Assembly: GCF_000372725.1 (NCBI RefSeq)
Contig: NW_005202176.1
Span: 159,867 to 179,866, forward strand
Length of the DNA stretch: 20,000 nt
Direction: 5' to 3'
Origin: Emiliania huxleyi CCMP1516
Lineage: Eukaryota
Of this stretch, positions 8,679-17,830 are shown one piece after another (the stretch's first letter is position 1; every line of letters starts with the position of its first letter). The notes below the pieces were generated by a model. That model did no database searches. It was not told the origin of the DNA and was given only the letters and a program-made list of their open reading frames with translations. The position numbers were made by a program, and so were the translations under genes.

Positions 8679-9665
8679 CTACCCAGCCGCCAAGTCCTCG
8701 TTGGCAAAAACGAGCTCGCGCCCGCCGTAGCCGAACGCGTCGCGGTGCTCGTGATAGATGCGAGACAGCTCGGCGCGGTAGAGGGAGTGCACGCGGGCAA
8801 CCTCGGCGTCCGTGGCGGCGGCGGAGGGCGCGGCGGCGGTGGCGATCGGGTCGCCGATGACCAGATTGAAGGGCACGCGCCGTGGTACGGGCGTGCCGTA
8901 CCGCCCGACGAAGCCGTTGGACGAGGCGCGCAGGGTGCGCTTGAGCCACGAGGCGAGCGGCCGCGGCAGCAGCCGCACCGCCTCCACCGCGTCCAGCTCT
9001 CCAAAGACAAACATCGGCAGGACCGGCACACCAGACCGGACCGCGAGCCGGATGAAGCCGGTCCTCGTCCGCAGCCGCACCACGCCGCGCGGCTCGTCGA
9101 CCGAGTTGGCCTCGTCGAGCCCGCCCGGCCAGACCACCACCGTCGCGCCGGCGCGCAGCAGCCGCTCGCAGTTGGATCTTCCGGCGTCCACCGCGCCGAA
9201 CCAGAGCGTCATCTCGCGCACGAGCGGGATGCGGAAGAGGACCGACGCGCCGAGCATGCGCCACGGCCGCCGGAAGAAGCGGGCGAGCCGCTCCGAGCGC
9301 CAATAGGTACGCTGGAAGATGACGGTGCCGTGCGGGTGCGCGGCGACAAAGTATTGCCCGTCCGGATCCACCTTTGCGCCGCCATGGACGCCAAACTCCC
9401 CAAAGTAGGACTGACAGGTCGACTCGTAGTCAAAAAAGTTCCACAGCGCGTCGAAGCCCTTCCAGCCGGGATAGCGCTTCTCCGCCGGGTACAGGTAGAA
9501 TGGAAGGTAGACGCAGACGAGCGCCCACGTCCACGGAGAGAGGTGATAGAGGTGATACGCGAGCAGCGGGAGGCTGAGGATGCCGAGGACAAGGTGCGCC
9601 GGGAAAATGACGCCGACCACCCACCACGCCTTCCAGGTCTCGGGCGGCAAGTCCTTGCTGGGCAT
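8679..9665 (-). CDS. DGAT2: Diacylglycerol/monoacylglycerol acyltransferase, DGAT2/MOGAT family; intronless
   Basis: N-terminal hydrophobic helices, YF motif, catalytic HPHG, FRIPLVRE, PGGxxEA and RTGFIRLA...VPVLPMFVFGE. Confidence 0.9.
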   Translation of the reverse strand: MPSKDLPPETWKAWWVVGVIFPAHLVLGILSLPLLAYHLYHLSPWTWALVCVYLPFYLYPAEKRYPGWKGFDALWNFFDYESTCQSYFGEFGVHGGAKVDPDGQYFVAAHPHGTVIFQRTYWRSERLARFFRRPWRMLGASVLFRIPLVREMTLWFGAVDAGRSNCERLLRAGATVVVWPGGLDEANSVDEPRGVVRLRTRTGFIRLAVRSGVPVLPMFVFGELDAVEAVRLLPRPLASWLKRTLRASSNGFVGRYGTPVPRRVPFNLVIGDPIATAAAPSAAATDAEVARVHSLYRAELSRIYHEHRDAFGYGGRELVFANEDLAAG

Positions 9666-9901
9666 CGGCGTCGTGCCTGGACCCGGCTATCGGCGAGAAG
9701 CGAGCCTAAGAGCCTAAGAAAGAAAGAAAATAGTAAGGAAGGGAGAGAAGCGAGCCTGCCGGGGTGCCAAGAGGCTGGCGCGATTCTTTTTCGGGACTTT
9801 GTGCCAGTGCGCGCCAGTCCCGTAGAGTTTTGTGTTCATCGTGGCCCCGCCCGCCGGTCTCATAAGAGAACGTAGCTTCATTGGGCCCGAACCCTGGACC
9901 A

Positions 9902-10213
9902 ATGTCCACCGCGCCGGGCACGCCGCCTTCGCCGTTCGCGGAGGGCGGCGAGAGAGTTGGTTGTTATGAGGGCGGCGGCGACGTCCCTGCGAGCATTCTG
10001 AAGGCCGCCGAGGATGGCCAAGCGGGAGCGGTGCTGTCGTGGTTCGACGGCGGCGGGCGGGTGGACGCGACATCCGAGTACATCTTAAAGAGCGGCTCCC
10101 GTGGGAGCGGAATGACGCTGCTGATGATCGCGATGGCCAATGGCCACGCGGAGCTGGCCGAGGCGCTTCTGCGGCGCGGCGCGGATGTCTCATTGCAGAC
10201 CAGCGAGTGGTGA
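9902..10213 (+). pseudogene. Truncated ankyrin-repeat protein gene
   Basis: ILKAAEDGQAGAVLSWFDGGGRVDA and GMTLLMIAMANGHAELAEALLRRGADVSLQTS fit the ankyrin consensus. The stop falls where the next repeat should begin; VTAL continues in another frame for a few codons, then unrelated, more AT-rich sequence follows. Confidence 0.7.
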
Positions 10214-10776
10214 CTGCACTAGAGTCTCCTCTACGTCACTACGAATCCTCACCCTCGAGGGAAGTTTTTTCCTTATGCTGCGGGGCTCCTGTCCGAACGA
10301 ACGGCGTTCTCATTGTGCAGGTTAGGGGGAGAGTTGTTAAAATGGTAACTCCTCTGTGGACACGACCCCGCCAGGCAGATAACTGTAATGTCCCGCGAGC
10401 CGGCCGGGCGCGGGCCGCGGGTTTCCGGCGGCCGGCGCGCCGAGCCTCTCTTTTACGGTAGCGGGTAGGGACGGAGTTATAGTTAACAGCATGAGTGAGG
10501 CGCCAGCTCTAGATCTCTAGTCCTAATAGCTGTCTGGCCACAGTCCACAGCCCACACATAAACAGCCTCGTCCACATGCATCGCGCATCCTGCATGCCTA
10601 CTATCGTACACCACTATACAGTGACAAGGCCTCAAGGCTCGTTGTAATCTAAACAGAGAAAGGATGACTAATCATTGGTGGACGAGGGAAAGGGGGGGGG
10701 GGGGGGTAATGTGCAAAATGTTACATGCGCCTATGCATGCGCAATCGCGTACCTGCATATGCACCCGTCGCTCACC

Positions 10777-13700
10777 TCACTCGAGCAGGCCCAGGGCGCC
10801 CTCCAGGTCCTCGTCCTGCAGCTTTGCCTCGAGCACGCCGAGACGAGTACAGTCGCGGCCATTGGAGCGGATCTCGGGGAATTTCGGCACCTCGTCGCAG
10901 CTTGGGTTTATGAATCCCTCCACAAGTGCCCACACGCCGGTTGGTTCGAGGTTTTCAGCAAGCGCTATCATTTCCCCCGAAAAGTCGTCCCAGCTCTTCG
11001 CCTCCTGCTGCACAAGATCAACCATTGCCTCTTGAAAGAATTCGCTGTCGTCGTGCCATCGGCCCGAGACCGGGTCTTGCACACTTGAGTCACAAAGGCG
11101 CCCCCCGGGGGAAGTAGGACGACTGGGACGCAATTTTGACGAGGTCACGATAGAGGCTCGAGAACTTGGGATCCTTTCCGACCGTTTCCTGATAGTCAGC
11201 CCAGATGGCGTAGTAAGTGGCCAAGGCTTCGATACACGGATTGGTCACTACGGACTCGACTGCGGTAACGGCGTTGGTCAAATCTGGCACACAGGTGAGC
11301 TGGTCGGCCACAAAGTCCTTAAAGTTTTTGCCGATCGATTTCACCGTCTGCTTGGCCAACTTTTGGGCAAAGGCGAGTTCGAATCTCGCTCCCCTGAACT
11401 TACTGACTTTTGAAGCGATTCGCGCGGCGGTCACTCCTTTCATCACGCCTTGTTTCGCTGCTCGCCACGAAAGATTCGCCAAGCCGCCCGTGAAGTAGAA
11501 CATGGCTAGTTCAACAACGACCGAGAAGACGTTGGCAAAGTTCTGTAGTATCATTTTGTCGCAACCAGCAGCATCCGGAGTGCACGCAAGGCCGCATTTA
11601 TACGGCATGCCCGCCGGACAGGGCTTCTGGGGCTTTGCGCAGCTCACCCCAATGTCTTTCCAACTCACCCTCTGCGACTTCGCCCTCTGCATCGGCACTC
11701 CACCCTGCGTGAACAATTCCCACTCCTCAACGTACTCGTCTGGCGGACAGTCCGGTGTGCAAATACAGCAGCCAAAGTTGTGGGTGCTGAAGCCATTCCT
11801 TGGCTGGCAGGGCTTGTAGCAGAGTCCTCCCCATTCCTCCAGACCAGCATCGCACTTCAGGTCTTGCGCGTACGTGTCACACTTCCACTGCCAGGGCCAC
11901 TTGCCCGTGCATCTTGTGCAGAGCAGTCCGGTGTTTTTGTAGCCGGATCTGCATCCCTGTGGGCGCATGACCTTGCCCACGCCACGCCCGTACTCTGCCG
12001 AAGTTGGCTTTTTGCAGAACAATCCGTGGTCGGTGAAGCCAGGCGGGCATGGCATGTAGCCCCTCCAGCACTGGCCAGGCGATCCGCCCAACTCGGGGCC
12101 ACCACGGAAGCGGAGAATGTCTAACGCCCACTGCCTGATTGCATCCTTGCGCTTGCATGCGTTTAGTTGGTCCTCGTCTGGCGGCGGCTTGGGAGAGGGC
12201 GGCGGCGGAGGCGGCGACGGTGGTGGCGACGGCGGCGGCGAGGGTGGCGGCGGCGACGGTGGCGGCGGCGGTGGCGATGGCGGCGGCGACGGCGGTGGTG
12301 GGGAGGGGGGCGGCGACGGCGGTGAGGAGGGCGAGGGCGGAGGAGCCGACGGTGGTGATGGCATCAGGGGTGGTAGGTGGCCGCACTGGCTCAAGCAAGG
12401 GCTGACGTCGCGGTGATAGCACATCAGCTCTTCTGGACCAGTGAGGTTATACGGCGGCCGAGCCTCGTTCAGACCGAACGGCCACTCCTGGCCGGTGCAT
12501 TCGGGGACGGGAGGGAAGTCGTGCACCGTGTCTGGCACACGACCTCCGCCGCCGTCGTCGTATGGCGTTCCGCCGGCGTATTCCCAGTAACACGGGCGCG
12601 GTCCTTCCAAGTCCTCGCATTTTTCGGGGACCTCCGTGGACTTGTAGTTGTAGGTGTACTGCTGTGGGTGATGCTGGACCCGCGGGCACACCCATTCTGG
12701 AAATGCTCGAAAGTAGAAGTCGAATTCGCCGTCGCGGCCGTTGTAGACCGTCCTGACAGACCCGGTTCCCTCCATTTCTCCTTTCCCGATCCGGCCACGA
12801 TCGGGATAGTATCGCCCATCGAAGACGGCAGCGCGTTTGTTGTTGATGTACCCGCTGAACACCCCGTACTGTTCACCATCATAGCGCTTGCTGTTATCAT
12901 GGTATGGACCGATTGCCCGGTCTGAGCCCCAGTTGTAGCAGCAGCAAGCGTCCAGGCCTGGATCGGGGGTGCCGACAACTCTGCCGCCCGACAAGCGTAG
13001 TGCAAACTCTGACCCCCCCGAGCCGCCCACAGCGTCGCTGTTCCAGTATATTCCGCTGTTCTCCGATCTGAAACAGCCCTTGCGCCAGTACCGGCCGTTC
13101 CCACTGTTGTCATCGACAAACACGTTCCCCGTAGCCTCGGCTGCTGCTTTGCATGCCTCTTTGGTCGACGGAGAAGTATCTTCTGCCGGCTGGGACGGAG
13201 TTCCGTGTACCTTGCCATCTTTGTGGGCCCGGTGCGAGCTCCAGCGATAGTAAATGCGGCAGATCCCGTCGACGCAAGCCGGTGGGGGCGGCGGGGACGG
13301 AGGCGACGGCGGAGAAGGCGGAGGCGATGGCGAAGGAGGCGGAGGCGGCGGGTAGAACGTGAAGGAGCCTTCTGCAGAAGGGCCAAGCAAGGTGCACCAA
13401 GCCTCACAGTAGACTGTCACATTCCCGTGGGCCGTTGGATCTGCCCGGAGGACGCCGACGATGGTAACGTTGCTGTCCCGGCTCACGTTCCACGTGCTTT
13501 TATCATCGACACAGCACGACGCGTCCGAAGAGTCGGTGTAGCAGGAGACTTGGGCGTTGCCGTGCGCGACTAGGAGGACTTGAAAGGCGGACTGGTCCGG
13601 ACCTTGCGTTACGCGGACCTCGCAGGGCGCACCGCTGCCATTGATTACCAGAGTCTCGTCCGGCGGCTGGGGGAGACTGCCAGTCTCAGGCAGGCAAAGC

Positions 13701-15217
13701 AGCTCATACTGCAGTCGTGCCTGCTGGCCGACCGAAAGTGGCGTAGACTGGTCGGCCCTGCACGCTGCAGCCTCGAACGATTCCAACGGAGCGAGGCAGC
13801 GGCAGAGAGATGAGTAGTTCGCCACATCCTCGATGCTTTGCTCCTCCCCCATGCAGTCGCGGTAGCTGTCCATGAAAAGCAGCATCTGCGTCTCGTTGCA
13901 AAGTGGCAATGGAGGTGTTATCGGCGGAGGTGGTGGTTGAAGTGGGGGCGGCTGCGTCGGAGGACGGGAGGGCGGCGGGGGGGGCGGGGGGTTGGGCGGA
14001 TGCAATGTATCGATTTCGATGTCAAACGTCCCTCGCAAGCCAACCGCGGGCAGGCGTTCTCGTAGGGTGCGATCCATCCAGTCAGAGAGGAGGATTGCCG
14101 TCTCTGCCAGAGTCTTCCCTCTGTCCACCACCAGCGAGGACGTGACCTCGACCACGACTTCGGCCGAGTAGGTGAGCGACACGTTCGTCGCGTCAAAGAG
14201 GAGCTCGATGTTTGGCTGGGTAAGGAGAGAAGTCTCAGGAATGACAGCAGAACGAGGCAGTCGCTGAAGCAGCTGGATGTTTGCAGTCTCTGCCGTTTGC
14301 TCCACCACGGTACATAGGAACGAGTACTTTGCACAGCGCGTGGGAACTTGGTCGAGACTGGGCGTCGCAAAGGAAACTGCGGTCGAAAGAAAGAGCTCGG
14401 TGCCGTCAAAGATTCCGTCCAGCGCATCATAGACACTGCTCGCCTTCTGCAGCGTCAGATTCGAGGCGTCGAGGAGCAGCCTGCCTCTGCGGAGGCCTGT
14501 GCTTGAGGCCGTCGCGAGCGCCCCGACGGCAAGCGGCTGGAACGGCATGGGAGGGAAAGGTGGCGCCGGAGGCAGCGGCGGCGCCATCGGTGGCAAGGGC
14601 GGAGGCAGCGCGGGTGGAGGCGGCGCTGGCGGCTTTGCAGATGGCCGAGGACTCTCCTCGACAGGCCGGTCGGCTGGCGCCGACGGCGCTGGAGGCAGCA
14701 CCAGCTCCACCCTCGGCGGCGCTGGCGGCTTTGCAGATGGCCGAGGACTCTCCTCGATAGGCCGGTCGGCTGGCGCCGACGGCGCCCGGTCCGTTGGCGC
14801 CAATGTGAGGCCCAGGCCCAGACCCAGGGCGAGACCCAGCGCTACGAAGGCCGCCACCCCGAGTACGACGCAGCGGCGGCGAGAACGCTGGCTTGCCACT
14901 GAAATCGAGCTCTTGTGTGAAGCCATGTGCCCAAGGCAGAAACGGACCGAGGAAGTCGAGCGCGTCCATGGCGTGCCATTCATCAACAACCGCCGATTTT
15001 CATCGACATTCTCTCGAGGTCTCATTGGCTCCTCATCGCGCAAACCAACTCTTTCGTCTTGACACAGTCGCCTGTTTCTGTAGACAGCGCGTGTTTTGCC
15101 GATTTTTTGTCTCTCGAGGTCTCGCGGGAAATTAACGGCTGCGGCAGGGGCTGGCTGTGGCTCCTCACATCGCGCAAACATGCCAGCTCTTTGGTCTGGT
15201 TGAGGCGCGTCTTCCAT
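10777..15217 (-). CDS. Large intronless membrane-anchored protein with Pro-rich (SPPP) linkers and Cys-rich domains; 1-nt frameshift near the C-terminus
   Basis: The 1376-aa ORF 11090-15220 has possible ATGs at 15217 and 14926, a TM/signal anchor RRRCVVLGVAAFVALGLALGLGLGLTL, four Pro-rich tracts and a Cys-rich YGRGVG...GGLCYKPC...CCICTPDCP block. Removing one base from the C6G5 run at 11101-11111 joins it to ORF 10777-11148 (...ENLEPTGVWALVEGFINPSC...). Confidence 0.8.
14619..14785 (-). repeat. In-frame 71-bp direct duplication inside the large gene (14619-14689 and 14715-14785)
   Basis: Encodes APSAPADRP[I/V]EESPRPSAKPPAPP twice, with a 96-nt offset and one mismatch. Confidence 0.9.
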
Positions 15218-15253
15218 CACGTCTGTCGTCTCCCTTTTGGCCCCCTACCTAAA

Positions 15254-16410
15254 CGGTCTCAGACCTAGAATGGCATTCTTCGAAATAGAATGGGAGCCGC
15301 AGCGGCCCGTAGCGGCGCCCCCTGCGTGCCCACGGCCACCCCGGGGCCATGGGACATCCCCCCGGCCATCGGGGATGCTTGGTTCATCCATTACCCCATT
15401 TATACGGGCTGTGTTGCGGCGCGCCTCGAGACGCGCAGCGCAGCGCAGCGCGTAGACCACAAAACAGGTCAGAAGACGGCCGTGGCGACACCCGCTCTCT
15501 GAGCGACAGCCCCGCAAAGGGCACTCGCTCGCAGGCGAGGACTACGGGCAGCACAGGCAGCAGCAGAGCTGGCGGTCCGTCTCCCCGCCCGCTGTAGCAA
15601 GTCGGCCCCAGCGTCACGGCCGGGACGGGCCAGGAGCCGCCCGGCTCGACGAGATCGACGAAGAGGACGAAGACGAGGACGAAGACGAGGAGAGGACTAC
15701 TCGAACTTGGACGAGGACTCAGGCGAGGCGCAGGACTCGGAGACCGGGCAGGGAAGCGAGGACCATGACTAGGTGACACGAGGAGTAGATGTGACACAGG
15801 TAGACCGCATTCGCGCTGTCTGCTCACTTCTGCCGCCCGACCCTTTCGCCCGCCCACCACTTGCGAGCACAAATCTCACACTTCCACTGCCCTCGCCACA
15901 GGCGGCGACGGACGGACATCCAAGGCTCGAACGGCTGCAGCGGCTCAACGGCCGCCGGCGGCCGTCGTGCGTTTGCTTTCGCCATACGCGGCCCCCGGCG
16001 TCTGCTCTGGTTCGCCGGGGCGGGGGGGAGGACTCTCATTTGCGGACTGTTGGGCTTCTCTGTGTTGAACTGGCGCTTGTCGCGAACCCCACCAGTCTGG
16101 CCGAGCGGCACGCTGCCGCTGGGGGCGTGAGGAGGCCGTGGGGGACGGCGGCGGACCCCATTCTTCGATATAGAATGGGCCCTCACCGCGGCCCGTCTGC
16201 TGCTGAAAATGTGGCGTGTTGGGGGCTCTCCTGTGTGACTCCTCTGGCTCGCCGCGTTAAAGTGGCGCCTGTGTGTGACCAGCCTCAACCCCGGCAAGCG
16301 CCCCCCGGCCGCTGGGGCTGCGAGGCGGCCGGGTGAGTACGCGCGCGATTCCATTCTACATTATAGGATGCCATTCTATAATATAGAACGGCCAGGTAGG
16401 GCTGAGACCG
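15254..16410. mobile_element. Non-autonomous TIR DNA element with an apparent 4-bp TAAA target-site duplication; superfamily unassigned
   Basis: TAAA (15250-15253) precedes CGGTCTCAGACCTA; TAGGGCTGAGACCG precedes TAAA (16411-16414). TIRs match at 13/14. Subterminal tagaatggcattcttcgaaatagaatgg matches the reverse complement of 16351-16378. No transposase ORF. Confidence 0.75.
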
Positions 16411-16952
16411 TAAAACTAACAGCGATACTAAACAGCGCTCGCTGCTGAGATATTCCGACAGACAGGGGAAAGGGATGCCAGCCAGTGCACGTGCTGTGAG
16501 CCGAACCAGAGCGTGGAGGGCACTCACATTCACGCTGTCCGACCCTCCACTCACATTCACCCCTCAGCGACGAGGGTGTCCGGAGCCCCCCCCCCCCCCC
16601 CCCCCAAGCGACGATTTGCCCAGCGACGATTTGCCCTTGCGCAGCTGCTGGAGCCGGGTTGGAAATCGGCCGATTTGCCCAGTGTGACGGCCCCGGGTGA
16701 CAAGGACAAGAGGGGGGGTGGGGAAAGAATTTTAACACTAAGCTCCCTCGCACGACACTGGGTAAAGAAAGAAAACAGCGACCCAAGGGAGGACGGCACG
16801 CCGCCACCAAAGGGATTTAAGGAGAGGAGTGTTGTGGTGCTAGCCGTCGCCCACCCTCGGGCGTCTGGTGTGTGATGCAGAAGCCACGGCGCGATTCTTA
16901 TGTCAAGGGAGACTTGCGGCCCAGTCGACTTCCGATTTCTTTTGTTCGATCG

Positions 16953-17396
16953 ATGCCGCTGTGCGTGCCGCCGCAAACTCCCGCGCTCCGCGGCTCCAAT
17001 CACCTGCTCGTCTCGCGCAGAGCAGGCGCGCCGTCCCTGCTCCGTCGCTCCCGCAAGCTGCTCGAGCGGTACCGCGAGGTGCACCTGCACGGCCTCGGGG
17101 CGGCCATCGCACCGACCATCACCATCGCGGCCCAGCTGGTGCTCGAGTCGGGCGGCGCGCTCGTGGCGTCCGCTTCCACCTCGACCGAGACGCTGTTGGA
17201 TCGGAGCATCGAGCAGGGCGGTGCGCACGAGGACGAGGACGTGGACCGGTGGGCGGAGGAAGACGGCGAGGAGCGGGGAGTGTCTGCATCGCCAGACGAC
17301 CCAATGGAGGAATGTCCTGCGGATGGCGAGGAAGCATCCTCACGCTCGCTCCTGCGGCTCAGCTCGGCAGTGCACATTCGCATTTACCCCACGTAG
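16953..17396 (+). CDS. POP7: RNase P/MRP subunit Rpp20 (Alba-like fold)
   Basis: NHLLVS...LLRRSRKLL...EVHLHGLGAAIAPTITIAAQL...VASASTSTETLLD...LRLSSAVHIRIY matches the Rpp20 pattern IHGLGxAI...TSTxxLxD...SAxHIR. ATG at 16953. Confidence 0.85.
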   Translation: MPLCVPPQTPALRGSNHLLVSRRAGAPSLLRRSRKLLERYREVHLHGLGAAIAPTITIAAQLVLESGGALVASASTSTETLLDRSIEQGGAHEDEDVDRWAEEDGEERGVSASPDDPMEECPADGEEASSRSLLRLSSAVHIRIYPT

Positions 17397-17830
17397 ATGT
17401 CGAAGCGAACGTCGATCGACCTAATCATATAGGGTGTGGAGTGTGCCACGCGACCCTACGCGCCACAGGTGAGAAAGATCTTTCTGGGAGTGGGACAGCC
17501 ACGGGTGCGAGTCCTACGCGACCGAGGGGCTCACGTGTGGGACTCTGGGCGCCCCCCCCTTCGACGAGCAAAAAAAAGATGCGCGTGGACTTCTGGCGCG
17601 TTTTACAGATTACACTCCGGTGATGTGTGATCACACTCACACTGTCATGTACACATGTGCCGGGATTTTTGCGCTGCGAAGCCGATCTGTGGGTCTCTCC
17701 GCAAGAAACTAACTTTCGAGCAGACCGGCACTGTCTCTCCCGTCCTAACTCTAGCCCTCTCTCTTTGACTTTGTCTCCGCTCCCGCCCTCCTCCCCGCCC
17801 CGCCGGGCCCGCCCGCTCCGTCGAGGAGTG

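Noticed and set aside
16872..16952. Upstream extension of the Rpp20 ORF
   Set aside because: No similarity to the family and it includes a T-rich UTR-like tract; ATG 16953 preferred.
3945..17658. GTCATGTACACATGT at 3945-3959 and 17644-17658
   Set aside because: Low-complexity ACATGT-type sequence with no extended homology, so not evidence of an element boundary.
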